From the human T2T-CHM13v2.0 reference genome, Homo sapiens, in assembly GCF_009914755.1 (NCBI RefSeq), contig NC_060931.1: DNA of 64,000 nt; one strand, given 5' to 3'. Position numbers and translations under genes: made by a program. Shown here one piece after another: positions 19,446 to 35,351 of this stretch; within the stretch, counting starts at the first letter, position 1, and each line of letters opens with the position of its first letter. Below the pieces are notes generated by a model. That model did not search any database and was not told the DNA's origin. It saw nothing but the letters and a program-made list of their open reading frames with translations.

Positions 19446-19899
19446 TTTGAATTTTATTGTATATCTGAATTGGCTGACACCTATGAGAAAGGAGAGAGGA
19501 GTATGTGGAGGAGAAGCCTGATTTATCACCCCCAAGTGACTACAAGAGAGAGAAAAAAAAAAGGATGAAAGGCAATTAAATGATTGTGTAGTTGGGGATG
19601 TAAATATGGCCAAAATAGGATGCAAAGCAGGATTTAGAAAGTAGAAGTTGGGTTTCTGGGAGAACTAACATGAGTGTTGTGTCAATGATTTCCAAAAATT
19701 TTTGTTTTTGCTTTTGTGAGCAACAGAGAGAGCCTTTCTTCAGAAGCCTTGTTTTGAAGCCCAGTATGGAAAATAAATTCAGAACTATTCTTAGCCCAGC
19801 TTTCTTATTTCCATCGTGGCTCCAAAGGAACTTTTATGGAGCCCCTCAGGCCAGCTCAGGGCATGGCTTAAAACTTCTTACTCTTATATCTGCCTCGTC

Positions 19900-20400
19900 C
19901 CATAACGCCCAATCAAATATAGTGTTTACATTTTATGAAGGTGGATGTTGTGTTTCTCTTCGTAACTGGGATCTACTCTGTAGAATTCTTCCCTGTTGAT
20001 GGCTTTCACGTTCAGAGGTTGAGGTGACTTTAGGCATGGTTTGATCCGTGCTTTAATTTACAGGGTCAGGAGTATTTATTTTTCCATTTCTTAATACTGC
20101 ATCCTCTGTGAGAGCTCCATTCATTGTCAAGCAGGCTCTTTCCACATGTGGCAGAGATGGCCACCAGCAGCTTCAGGTTTACATCATCCTTGGTACCTGC
20201 AATTTCAAGAGTGACTTGCTTGATAGCACAAGTTCCTTAAAGGATTTGATTGGTTCATCATCAGTCATGTGGCCATCCTGATGCAATCACTATGGCTGAA
20301 GTAATTACCATTGGCTAGGCCTGGTTATGTGTCCACCTCCAGAGCAGGGGTTAAGGCCAGTTCCACCAGAACGCATGGATTGAGAATGATAAGTGTGAAG
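19900..20400 (-). mobile_element. Old MaLR (MLT1J/K-like) LTR relic
   Basis: gcagagatggccaccagcagcttcaggtttacatc...gattggttc...gtcatgtggccatcc...aatcactatggc. Confidence 0.5.
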
Positions 20401-20929
20401 GGTAATGCCCCAAAGTGATACTGATCACACAACAATGTATGTCTACTCTAGCAGTCAGAGACATGAAGTAGTAAGTAAGCCCAAGACAGGAAGATTTGAA
20501 GACCAGGTTGACTGAAGTGATGGAACAAGTAAAGGTAGAAGAATTCAGCAACAAAAGAAAAAAGTGTGGACTTGTGTTTCTACAAGGAGAAGGAAAAGAC
20601 TTACTCAGTCCCTGAAGGAAAGAATAGATTATGAAGCCTTCTGAAGGACTATTTGTCATCAAGATAAGATGAAAAGCAGTCAACAAGTGCTTGCATGAGG
20701 ATATTGTGTGGGAACCCAGATTATAAAGTCACTGGGGAAGACTTCAAGAGACATATTTGCAGTGATTCCATTGCCAAGGGTGAAAGAGCAAAAAGAGCAT
20801 GGCTTAAGCGTTAGGAATAGAGTGATTGCTTATTTATTTTGGACAAAGTTTCTAGAGAGAAAATTTAGAGCTATTGGCTGGACACAAATAGCACTAAGCC
20901 AACCAAAAATAAAGACCACTTCCATGGTA

Positions 20930-21505
<576 letters not shown>

Positions 21506-21585
21506 TTAGAGACCAAATGATTGCTATATAGAATGCAGATATTGTATCAATGATGATATCAAAACACATAACCTATATCAACTGA

Positions 21586-21909
<324 letters not shown>

Positions 21910-22039
21910 AAGAAACTGCATTTCTTCAGAGAAAAAAGTTGGAAATTAGGTAAGGGAGAGTAGACCATTGCAGAGAGGTGACCAGAATAGCTGAATTTTT
22001 AAACTTGAAATAGAGATAAGTCATTGCAGCACAGTTTTT

Positions 22040-22230
22040 TATTCATTCATTCATTCAACAATGTCTTTGTGAAGGGCCACTAAGTGTCATGCACTGTGTG
22101 CAAGGTGCTAGAGATGAAGAAGATAAAACTGCTACCATTAAAGAGTTCATAGTCAAGAAGAGGAGAGAGAAGAAAATTCGTAACAGAACAGCGCGCTGAG
22201 AGCTCTCCAGAGATTTGTTCAGAGTGTGTG
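22040..22230 (-). mobile_element. L2 3' end
   Basis: (ttca)n followed by gcactgtg...gtgctagagat...gagttcatagtc. Confidence 0.65.
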
Positions 22231-22671
22231 AAGGGAGCAGGCAGTCAAGTCTACCTGGATATTCCATGGTTCAGGAGGGCATCTGATTATGATCTGCTTC
22301 CTACTTGCGGGTTGAAGGCATAGAGAGTAGTAGCTTAGTAAGGCAAAAATCTTAGAAGGTCACACCTAGAAACTGGCAAATGTTAATCATGGCTGAAGCT
22401 GACAGGAAAGAACTCCTGTCTTTCTATTATTCTCCCCACTTTTATTTATCTTTGAAAATTTGCACTATAAAACCTTTCTTTAGTAGCATATCAAATTAAT
22501 TTATCAGATCCAGGAAAGAGCAGTGAGGCATAAAACCACTGGCAGCAGCCATAACCAGGAACATACAGGCTCTTCGACAAAAGGGAAGAATCAGGCCTCA
22601 CTTGAAATGGATGGAGGAGCAAGTCGAAGCAAAGAAGGGGGAAGGGCCTGGGAAACACAATTCAAGGCAGT

Positions 22672-22780
22672 GAGAGCAAGGGGGAAAGGAATAGAAATGG
22701 AAAGAAAATCCAGAGCAAAAAAAGGGGAAAGGAATAGAAATGGAAAGAAAATCAAGAGCAAAAAAAGGGGAAACGAATAA
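22672..22780. repeat. 43-bp purine-rich tandem repeat, about 2.4 copies
   Basis: ggggaaaggaatagaaatggaaagaaaatc(c/a)agagcaaaaaaa starting at 22681, 22724 and 22767. Confidence 0.9.
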
Positions 22781-23295
22781 AACCCCGAAATTCTGAGCAC
22801 CTAGTTATTAAAAAAAAAGGCAGAAAGAATGGACTAAAAAGAGAAAATGTGATCAAAGCAGGCCTAGCTAAGAGCATTATGGGGAAGCGAAATGAAAAAG
22901 GCTAAGGCACAAGCGAAAACTATTGTCAGAGATGAAAACGGATTAGGACTTAGCTCCAAATGAGGGATGGTGAAAGATAAAGCAGAAGGATGCTCTATGA
23001 GGGAGCCAAGTTCAAGGGAAAATAAGAGCTCCAAATAAGCCATATAGCAGGATGTTAATTTAAGGTGCTGGAGTTTAAATAAAATTTGCAGAATGATTGT
23101 TTCCTATCGGGGGGTAAAAAAATGCAGAATGAAGTTGGGTAACTTTTGGGAAGATCTGCAAACATACCTTGACAAGTTCATTTGTTCTTTTATTCATCCA
23201 CTTCAACAAATAGTTATTAACATGGTCATTGTCCTCACAGAGCTTAGGGCCTAGCAATGGAAACAGACAACAAGCAATTATAATAAACCGTGACA

Positions 23296-23475
23296 GGCCG
23301 GGTGTGGTGGCGCATGCCTGTAGTCCCAGCTACTCAGGAGGCTGAGGCAGGAGAATCGCTTGAACCCGAGGGGGCAGAGGTTGCAGTGAGCTGAGATTGC
23401 ACCACTGCACTCCAGCCTGGCAGACAGAGCGACACTCTGTCTAAACAAACAAACAAACAAACAAACAAACAAAAA
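23296..23475 (+). mobile_element. Alu right arm only (5'-truncated) with (AAAC)n tail
   Basis: Single arm, TSD aaaccgtgaca(gg). Confidence 0.9.
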
Positions 23476-24274
23476 CCGTGACAGGTGCCAAGACAGGGTA
23501 AGTGCAGGGGCTGGGAAGCACATGGCGGGCACTAACAGGCTGACTTGAATTCCATGCTGGTTGTTCCCTCAATCCAGAGGCTGCCTCTGGGGCTTTGTAG
23601 GAGCAGAAATCTGATCTGGTCCCCCATCCATGTATACCTCTTAGGGATGGACACACCTTAGCCAAGCTCACAATGGCACAACCACCAGAAGACCAATCTG
23701 TTGATTTATACTGAAAAAAACAATTCTGAAAGACTTGGCTATTTGGATTCTCTGATCAGCATATTCTTACATAATAGACAAATCTAAGCGGGAGCCAGGT
23801 TGCCATCAATGGCTTGTTCAAAGAGAATGGATCATAAGAACGGGGGTGAGCTACATGATCTTAATGCAGTGTCACCAAGCAGTGATAGCCCAGTGCACTA
23901 ATCTGCGCTGTACAACCATTATCTGCCTCACAGAAGATATCTGTGTTCATGGCTCAAGGCACTGTCCCTCTGGGCACTGAGAGAGGGACTATCACAGTCC
24001 CTCTTTCTCAATATCCATTTTATAGACCCCCCTACTTACATTTACATATTCATTTTCCAGACAGAGTACAATATAATTAACTAAATATAATTTCTCTTAG
24101 GTGCAATTACAATCCGTCAATCTTGTCCCCCTAAGGTGGCACATACATAGATCCTCCAGATTACCTTTGAGTACTCACAACCTATTGGGCCCTCCCTATG
24201 TAATTCTGATTTTATTTATCATGTTTTAATTATTTCCATGTTTATATTCAGAGTGTAATTTTAACCTTGTTTTG

Positions 24275-24690
24275 GAGGTGTGCTGACTATTTTCCATGTA
24301 CTAGATCTATTCTCTAGGCAGCCAAAGTTGAGTTTGGCCAATGAATGAGATGTCAGAGGTGAAAGGAAAGGAGGAAAATGTCAAGATATTTAATCCCTCA
24401 GTTCCCTCCTTATGTGATCACTACAAACAGGTTACATATCCAGACCAAAGATTACAGCTTTTGTCATTAGGGCCCTCTTTGTTTCTGAGCTTCAGTAATA
24501 GTTGTCTTCCTTTTCCAGTTTGGGCCTCAGAGTGGTAATATTTCCTTGGTGTTACAGCCTGAAGATATTGCAGTGTCCCTTGTTGGTCTCCCTGAACCCT
24601 GTCCATATCATTGTAAATAATGTCTTTATTTAACTCTTCTCAGTGTCTACTTCGCTTTTGCCATCTCTTTCCTGTTGGGACCCTGATATA
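24275..24690 (+). mobile_element. LTR33-like ERVL LTR
   Basis: Ends ...ttgtaaataatgtctttatt...gccatctctttcctgttgggaccctga, resembling the LTR33 3' end. Confidence 0.6.
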
Positions 24691-25160
24691 GGTAGAATAT
24701 TGATTTTAGACTCATATATCACCAATGGGAGGTAAAGCCAAATAAGACTGGAGCAGAGTATGTGACTAATTGGATTATATAGTGATTGAGACCCAAAGAA
24801 CTAGAAATTTCATTTCGGGGGCTCTGAAAGAGCAAATTTTAAGTAATACTTCCCTGCAAAATAAATATAGGAAGTAAAATAGAATTTTGGATTTAAAAGG
24901 AATCTTAAAGAGTGTCTAGATCTTAACAATGAATACAATTGAGGCAGATAAGGTGAAGTGGTTCACCCAAAATCACAAAGTTCCTTAACTACAGGACTGA
25001 GGGTAAATTTGGCCTTCTGGTTCCTAATTCTCTGCTACTGTGTTTCCTCTGGGGACATTATCTTTATTTCTAGAAGAAGAAAGCAATATTGGTGTTGTCT
25101 TACCCCAGTTTTTTTTTCATCAAACAAGAATTCCCATAAAGGGAGGGAAAAGAAGGTAGG

Positions 25161-26005
25161 TGTGGTGATTTTTTAATGTGTAAACCATTTCTTTAATAAT
25201 GATTTCTCCAGGTGGGGCGTGGTGGCTCATGCCACTAATCCCAGCACTTTGGGAGGCTGAGGTGGGCAGATCATGAGGTCAGGAGATCGAGACCATCCTG
25301 GCTAACACAGTGAAACCCCGTCTCTACTAAAAAATACAAAAAATTAGCCAGGCATGGTGGCAGGCGCCTGTAGTCCCAGCTACTGGGGAGGCTGAGGCTG
25401 GAGTCCCAGCTACTGGGGAGACTTGAACCCGGGAGGTGGAGCTTGCAGTGAGCTGACATTGCGCCACCACACTCCAGCCTGGGTGACAGTGCGAGACTCC
25501 ATCTCAAAAAAAAAATTTTTTTTATTTCTCCAGAGGTGGAGCTGGATTCCTCTCCTTTTGAATATAGGCTGGATTTAATAACTTGCTTCTAATGAACAGT
25601 ATATGATAGAAAAGATGGTGTGTCACTTCCTAAATTAGGGGATAAAAGGAAATAAGATTTTCTCCTTGCTCTCTCTCTTTCTCTCAAACACTTGCTCTGG
25701 GGAAAGCCAGCAGCCATGTTGTGAGAACACAAAAGTAAAACTCCAAGCAATGCTGTGGAGAGGAACTACAGACTGCTACCCACAGCCTTTTGAGTGAGCC
25801 ATCTTGGAAGCAGATCTTCCAGCCCCAGTCCAGCTTTCAGATGAACACAGCCAAGGAAAACAGTTTGACTTTGATTCAGAGCCAGAACAACCTCTCTTAT
25901 ATGCTCCTGAATTCCTAACCCACAGAGACTGTGAGATAATAAATGTTTGTTGTTTTAAATAGCTAAGTTTGAGGGTAATCTGTTATGGAGCAAAAGTTCA
26001 TTAAG
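25161..26005 (+). mobile_element. MLT1F-like MaLR LTR, interrupted by an Alu
   Basis: gagtgagccatcttggaagcagatcttccagcccc...ctgtgagataataaatgtttgttgttttaa...gtaatctgttat. Confidence 0.8.
25211..25514 (+). mobile_element. AluY-like with a 19-bp internal duplication
   Basis: agtcccagctactggggag at 25372-25390 and 25402-25420. TSD atttctccag. Confidence 0.92.
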
Positions 26006-26383
26006 ATGGCAAGGAAGGGAAAGAAAGACAGAAAAAAAAAAACAAAGAGAAAAAGTCATCAGAAAAAAAAATACTGCTTGTAGAACATTCTTGCACACCA
26101 CTGCCAAAAACTGTTAAGAGAATAACTAGATAACACAAAAGGCTGATGAGTTGAGGAACTGCCAAACCAACACATTTGGAGCACAGAATGTCAAGGTTTT
26201 TGTAAGAATCCAAGAAAAAATGTTTTACAATTTAAACACTTGCAAAATGCCACTCTGGTCAGATTATGGTCTACAGAAGCCCAATACTCTATTTATGAAG
26301 ATGGAAAAAATTTTGTGAGAGAACATGGTTACTCTTTATGCCACTGAGCTTTGAAATCAAGAGCCTTCACCATTCCTAATTTC

Positions 26384-26423
<40 letters not shown>
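26384..26423. repeat. (CA)n microsatellite
   Basis: About 19 CA units. Confidence 0.95.
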
Positions 26424-26425
<2 letters not shown>

Positions 26426-26746
26426 TTATAGACTTCAGAAAAAAAAAATGCTGAGTCCTCTATCATCTTTTTTTATACTAAAACTGCCTCCAAGCTCCAA
26501 GAGTTGTTTCTTCCATCTAGAATTCTTGTGACAGTCTTTGCAGGAAGTTCAGGGAGCCTAGAGGCTAAAGGAAGCTCTTCTGGTTCAGTGTTAATATTTG
26601 GGGTGGAGATGGCTATCAGAGACCAGTAAATCTCCATAAAATAACCAAAGTTACAGTCACTAACCACCATAACGAAAGTTTTCATTTCAATGAAGAGTAG
26701 CTGTTCACTTTGTCAAACAATTATTCCTATGGTTTGAGCCTTCATG

Positions 26747-26748
<2 letters not shown>

Positions 26749-26785
<37 letters not shown>

Positions 26786-26792
26786 TACACAT
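26749..26792. repeat. (CA)n microsatellite
   Basis: About 17 perfect AC units plus a degenerate end. Confidence 0.95.
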
Positions 26793-27454
26793 AGTCCTGC
26801 TTGCCAAGTATAGATGTCTCCCTATGAACCCCTCTTTTTGTGGCCTCATATTATATTTAATACAGGATGAGGGGGTCCTCTGAAGTTTCTGCTGAAAGGC
26901 CCCTAGTTGTTCATGCTGATATTTGGTAGCTATCATTCATTCTAAATGTAGACTTTAAAAAAAAATGCTCTTTGATTCCTTTTCCATTCAGCTTTCATCT
27001 TCTCACTCTCAATGAACAAACATTAAAAGAGAAAAGTAAAACTAAAGAAGTGTGAATATCATACAAAGTAAGGAATTTTGTGAAAGATGTAGTGTGAAAG
27101 ATAATAGTGAGAGTAGCTGTTCCTTGTGCTTGCAATCAGAAGAGTCATTGAGGAAAATGCCTTAGAGTATGCGAAATTGGTGAGGCATGTCAGATCATGA
27201 GATAGAGATGGCAATGTGGGGGAAGGCAGGCTGGGGAGGGGGCCATCTCTGTGTAACACCAAGGGGGCAGCCAAAAGAAGGGGAATGTATCAGAGAGGAA
27301 AAAAATCGCTGAAATTAAAGAAGAAATGGACAAACACATTTATGAAAGGTGAAAAATGGCACTGACTCAAGTAAAAGCTTTATTCAGAGATATACTAAAA
27401 GATGTAAATCAGATAAAGGAGAAAATGTTTATTTATTTACATAAATAAATATCA

Positions 27455-27777
<323 letters not shown>

Positions 27778-29311
27778 ATGAGTCAGCAATTTCTGTGAGT
27801 GACCCCAAGTCTTCCACAGAATGATGAATGTCCACACCATCCAGCTCTGCAAGACAGCCTCTTATGATTATGCAAGTAATCTTAAAGCAGGATGAAATAA
27901 GATTCCTTCTAATGTTCTGGGATTGTACTGTTTTTATTTTCCTAATGGGAGACTGGATTTTAAATGGCAGAGGCAAACAGCTGAGAGTTAGAAAGCATAA
28001 TAAAGTTCATGAGGAAAAAGAGAGTTCCTGGAACAGATTGGCTTACCACAGCATTTGCAAATAATTCCCCTACTGTTAAAATAAGGCTTTGGCAGATACA
28101 TTCAGTTTGATTTTGGGAAAAGGGAAATAATAAAATCCATGACACTGGTGCTTTTTGCTATCTCATTTAAGGAAACTAACAAAAGAATAGTAGAAATTAG
28201 AGGCACTCAACATTTTACAATTCAGACTAAAATTTTTTTCATCATTTAACTGCAAAGACTAATGGTAGCCAGCAACAGGATAATACCTCGGGCCTAAATA
28301 ATGTTACAAGAAGATGACAGACTAGAATTTCCAGTATTTTGAAGCCAATAACAGAATAACTTAAAAGAGCTTGAACTAGTGCTTTTGTCTCAGGAGACAG
28401 TAGTCAATACAATCAGGCATAAATCATTTAAAAACAGAGCCAGCATATGGGTTGCCTTCTAACTGTGTGAAATATACAAAAATGCTAGGCAAAATGTGAT
28501 TAGCATTCCGATACATTACGGATAGAGCTTGAAATAAGGCACGAATATTCATGCAATCCTCAGCGATATGAATAACAACAGAAACTGAAAATATACTGCA
28601 TGAGAAAAATGCTAATGAAACATTAATAAGCAAAAATTTCTGTGCATAATCAGTGAAACTGAAGGGTTATTACAGCTTAGGAATCTATTGTTTATGGAAA
28701 AGTGAAGGTATATAAATAAAAAGGGGACAGAATTAAAAATGGTAGAGGCAGTCTATTTTGTTATCTAAGCATCAGGAGAAAAATATAAAGTATGATTCCA
28801 AATTTATTTTTAAAAAATAACAGTTGTTGTCTCTGAATATTGGGACTATGCAAAATTTCTTGTTTTTCAAATAATTCTATGATCAACCTTATTATTATTT
28901 TAAATATTATTTTTAAAAATTGGACTTTGGGTTTAAGGCCAGTACTGTATATAACTAGAGGAAAGAGCACATGTAAGTTGTAGCCTACAAAAATAATATT
29001 ATTATAAGGATGACAGGAACAGATGGATTCTATTTTCATTTTGGTGACAAATACATAGGTCTAGATTCAGTATAAACAACTATAGAGTGATGGAGGCAGG
29101 AAAGAGGAAAAAAATTTTTAAAGAATAAGAAAAGAAAAATTAATTTCATTAAAATCTTAATTATCTGATTTTCTGAAAAGACAAAAATGGTACAAAACAA
29201 AAACTGTAAGGGATATTAAAGAGAATATTGAACAAAGTTGACTTCCTGCAGAGTTTAAAATTATGGGTATGTACATTGTATTGAATGTGAGGTATTTCTA
29301 TTGAGACATAA

Positions 29312-29460
29312 ATAGAATCATAGATCTCTAGACCTAAAAGGAGTTTTAGAGATTATCTGGTATCCAATTCCTTCATTTTACAGAAAAAAACTGAGACCCA
29401 GAGAGTCCCAAACCTTGTAAGAGAGAGTTTGAGATTTGAACAAGACTTCAGTGCTCCTTC
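29312..29460 (-). mobile_element. MIR3/MIR
   Basis: tagaatcatag...ttagagattatctgg...ttcattttacagaaaaaaactgagacccagagag. Confidence 0.7.
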
Positions 29461-29584
29461 TGTCTGATTTCATTGTAATTTACGCTGTATGTGAGCATCA
29501 CAGTCAACTACATACCACAACTTCCCCAAAGGAGAAGGAACATTCATTAGGGCTGGAACAAGACATAATAAATGCAATATTTTA

Positions 29585-29962
<378 letters not shown>

Positions 29963-30332
29963 TTAATTTTAAGGTTGAATGGAGGAAATGGGAGGGGTAG
30001 GGTGGTTATAGGGGCTGTCAATGAACCCAAACACAACTTGGAAGGCATGAGTAAAAGAGATTAGCCAATTGAGACTGATCTTGACTCAAGGGAGGGAAAA
30101 GATAGAATGGGATAGCTCTCTGTAGAAAATTTCCTATAGTGATAGTGAATGAAAATAATGAAACTTTAGGTATTTAGGTCTAAGTTTGTAGAAAGACTAC
30201 AGACTCAGAAGTGATTTTTTTTTTTTTTTAAGGAAAGCCAAATAACAAAGATTTCTGGAAGTTATGAATAGAGAACAGAGGATTAATAGAGTTCTGTTCA
30301 GGAACTGTTACTCAAAGAGATAGCAAGAAGTA

Positions 30333-30469
30333 AGCTGGGTGTGGTGGTACACGCCTATAACCCCAGCTACTCAGGAGGCCAATGAGGGAGGATCGCTGGA
30401 GCTCAGGAGTTTGAGACCAGCCTGAGCAACACAGCAAGACTCTGTCTCTGACAAAAAAAAAAAAAAAAA
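30333..30469 (+). mobile_element. FLAM (free left Alu monomer)
   Basis: Single monomer with poly-A, TSD aagaagta. Confidence 0.85.
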
Positions 30470-30497
30470 GAAGTAGAAAGTGGAAAGAGGGTAGATG

Positions 30498-30853
<356 letters not shown>

Positions 30854-32444
30854 TTAAGGAATTATTTGACACAAAATAGTGCAACCAGATTTTAGGAAGA
30901 AACTCTCTCTAAGGGGTAAAAATAAAAGCTCACAACAAAAAATACATAAAGAGTAGGTTGAAGATATTTATATTTAGATTCCTGTTATATTAACAATAAG
31001 TGCAAACTATAAAAATGAGTAGAAGAAGCCTATCAATAAATAATGAAAAGAGAAGAGATTGGCTTTTGATAAATACATTGTAAATGTTTCAAGTTTTTTC
31101 TTTTATCACCCAGAAAAATTTGTTTTAAACGTATTTATGAAGTTTTATGAACACAGCATTGGCAGCTTAAAAGTAAAACAACAACAACAAAAAAGAAGAT
31201 TGTCAAGTATATTTTTCATGACTAATGCTGACCTGTCTGTCCCACTTCTGCTAGAATCAGAGGCTCCTGCAATTATGCAATAAAGCCCGCTGGGAGGATC
31301 AGACAGGGCCCTGCACACTGTGGGGAGATAGATGTGTTTTAGGGGAGGCAACCCTATGGAAAATGGCCACATCTTGCCAACTGCTGTCTCGGGGGCTTTG
31401 GCTCTAAACCAAGGATCTGCATAATGGTATCAGCTGCTCTCTCTATTGCAGCCCTGCTGATAACATTCTCAGGCTCTATTTAATAGCAAACAATGATGCG
31501 TTTCTGCCCAATACCAGCAAATCGGTAAAAAGGACGCATGTCCACTCACCTCTGAATTAAGTATCCCAGTTTATAGTCTCTCAGACCATCTTATATTTCT
31601 CATAATTATGTAATTTGTTTTCTATTTTTGTTTAATGTCAGTTTCTCCAACCAGGATATAAGGACAGGAACAGTTTGCCTCTATCCTAATTGTCCTTTGG
31701 TGTAACCATAACTTCTAGCATGGTGCCTTGCACAGAGTAAGTGCTATAAATAATGTTGAGTTCATGGATGAGCTCTCTCTCAGAGAGTCACTGCAGCTAT
31801 TAAAGGATATGTTCCTTAATCTATGTCAAACAGGTAACTTTCTACAGTTTTAAATCCTGGAGAATGGTTGCATTTCAAATATCTTCCAAGGCTTATTCTT
31901 ATTCATTTGCTTACTGCAGGTCTCAGCGTTAATGTTTTTGATTCATTGGGATGTGCTCCAAAAATAGAACATCTAATCTAAATACATAAATTGGCCCAGG
32001 ACTGCATCCTGGACATATTATTATTATTGTTGATGATAAACTCAGGTTTCAACTCTCTTCCCAATAGCTTTCCATCCTCCCTGGATTATTTCGTGCCAAA
32101 AAAGGCATGCTTTATAGAGCTCTTAGTTCCTTAAGTGGCAGGTTCTATTTAAATACATAGATAAGCATTGTCAGGCTGGGCTGCTAAGAGTGAATTACTA
32201 CTGGAAAGTAACATTGCAGTAAAAACAATACTGTTGGAAGCTTTCTATATTTCTTCCATCCTTCCTCGTTTCTTGGAAAACTTGAGAAGGGCCTCGTTTA
32301 AAGAAATTCCAAAGAAGAATAATTAAAAAACTAGCAATAGCTAGAAATGTCATTATAACATTATCATATATGCAAGCATATGCAAGCAGTAGGTATATTT
32401 GGTATTATAACTATTGCATGATCTTACTTTAACATAGCCCCTGA

Positions 32445-32821
<377 letters not shown>

Positions 32822-34126
32822 TGTGAGGTGTTTTTTTTATTTATTTATTTTTATTTTTTAGCTTATGTCCAATCTTTTAAGACAACACCCTTATTCTATT
32901 AGGATCCATGAGGAGTAACACATTTCTTAGGAAAATGAAATTTTTCATAGTTTTGAAGTACCAGTGGTGCCTACAAGAAATGATTTAACAAAATTTAACC
33001 TTAGGTGTCCTCACTGAGTTAGGATGATTTCTTTCTTAATTTTCCCTGTGGCAGGGTAATGTCTTAGAAAAGAATGAGGTCTCTAAGCTGCTCTACAAAC
33101 AGATCATTCTAGTTGATATGGTTTATATATATTCTGCTGACTCTGTTTCTGCTAGTAAATGGTTGGAAAACCTTGGTTTTGTCATTTTTAACCTCCATCT
33201 GGCCTCGCTTCTCTCAACTACAAATTGAAGGAAATGAATAAGATCAATGGTTTAGAATATTTAGCAACAAAACTCTTTCTTCAAATGAAATATTTTGTCA
33301 AAGCCTGAAGTATGGAATAGAATATGGCTCCAATTAATGTAGCTTGAAAATCACTAATCTAAATACTATCTTATGTCATTTGATTATGAAATATTATCAT
33401 TTCCATTAATTGATTCATATCATATCCAGTGAGTATTAATAAACACTGAAATGAATTCATATAATATTCAGTGAGTATTTATTAATACTCATTGAATGCC
33501 TGCTAGGTACGCCTAAGGACCGCTAAGGATCCTGCTCTATCATGTGTGCAAGCCAGGTATCTTCCAATACATTATTTCCAAAGGGAGACCAAATGCCCAA
33601 AGAAACAAAAAGTTACAAGTACAAAAGAATGTACAACATAGACAGCAATTACTTCTGGCCAAGGGGTGAAATAAGTCTTCATGATGGGGTGGCACTTGAG
33701 CAGGAGGTAGGATTTTTGACTGGGGAGGATGGGTATGGATTTCCAAGTGGGGCAAACATAGTAAGTGAAGGTACGGAGACAGGAAATTGAAAGGTATGTT
33801 CAGAGAAAGGCAAGTGTTCCTGTTTGGTTATAGTATAAATGGTAAGATGGAGACTTTGAGCTAAAGCTGGGAAATTAGGTTGGAATCAGATTATGGAAGT
33901 CCTCAGATTTCATGATAATGAGGTTTGCTTTTATTCTCCAGGAAATACAAAGCCATTGGAAATTTTTTGTTTTATTTTTAGCAGAAAATGACATAAACAG
34001 AAATGTACCCAGAAAAGATTTCTCAAGTAATAATGTGTAACTAGAAATGGGAAAGACTGGAGACAGGATGGTTAACTGAGAGACAACAGTCCTGATGAGA
34101 AGTGATGAAGACCCAGCCTAGGATGG

Positions 34127-34489
34127 TGCTATGGACTGAATTGTGTCCCTTGCTCCAAATTCATATGTTGAAGTCCTAACCCCCAATGTGACCGCATTTG
34201 GAAACAGAGCTTTTAGGAGATAATTAAGGTTAGATTAGGTCATAAGGGTGGACCTTGTAGGACTGGGGGCCTGATAAGAAGAGGAAGAGACAACAGAGCC
34301 CTCTCTCCATGCACACACACCAAGAAAAGGCCATGTGAACACACAGTGAGAAGGTGGCCATCTACAAGCCAGGAAGAGAGCCATCACCAGACCTCAACCT
34401 GATCTTGGACCTCCATTCAAATAAATTTCTGTTGTTTAAGCCACCCAGTCTATGGTGCTTTGTTATGGCAGCCAGAGCAAACTAAGACA
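34127..34489 (+). mobile_element. MLT1A/MLT1A0 solo LTR
   Basis: TGCTATGGACTGAA...AAACTAAGACA termini. 5-bp TSD gatgg/gacag, both derivable from gacgg by CpG decay. Confidence 0.9.
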
Positions 34490-34593
34490 GACAGTGGCAT
34501 TAGAAACGGCAGGAAGAAGACAAATGTCAGCAAGGTACCACAGAAGTAGAATTGACAGGACTTGACAACCAATCTGCTTTGGGACATGAGAGA

Positions 34594-35231
34594 TGTTGGG
34601 GCTCAGAAAACAATGCCGTAAAATGAAGGCTTCAGAAGCAAAAGTGTTCTTTGGCCTCTCCTGTCCTGTCTCTCAGTCCCATTGTCTCCCAAGGCCAGCC
34701 ATAGAAATTAGAATCCCTCTTCTCCAAGGTAGGTCACAGAAACCAGAACCCCTTTTCCCCCAAGATAGGCATAAAACCTAAAAATATTACTCTAACTTTC
34801 ACTCTGCCTTTCTGTGTAAAAGCTTGCTATAAAGAAAATTATCTGACCTTATTTGACTGTAGGTCATAAGACCCCCATTCCACAGAGGGTCCTGCCCTCT
34901 ACCCAGAAGGAAAGAATGCACACTCAGGGGCCAGGAAGAATCTAGACAGACAGGCCTTGCTGAGGTTCCCCGTTCTGTCTATTCACATCAGATCTTAATC
35001 TTTTTGTCCGGTCATATTTCTATATGGCCGTCCATACTTTGTTGAATTGAACCTAAGCATAAAAATGGGCAATTTCTCCTGTATCTGTGGGTCTTCCTTC
35101 TGAAAGCTTCCATGTATACATGTTAAGTAAATTTGTATGCCATTTCTGCTATTAATCTGCCTTTTGTGAGCTGAGTTTTTTTCAGTGAACTTTCAGAGGG
35201 CCAAGGGGAACTTTCTCCTTTGGCCCTTGCA
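34594..35231 (+). mobile_element. MER39-like ERV1 solo LTR
   Basis: TGTTGGGGCTCAGAAAACAAT...GGCCCTTGCA termini, 4-bp TSD gaga/gagg. Confidence 0.8.
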
Positions 35232-35351
35232 GAGGCGAAAGTCAACTGTGGCTCTGAGAGTCTAAGCCGGAGACTAGAAGGTGTTATGACACCACTTACA
35301 GAGATAGAGAATGATAACGGGGAAGAACAATTCTGAGAGCACAGAGCTAGA

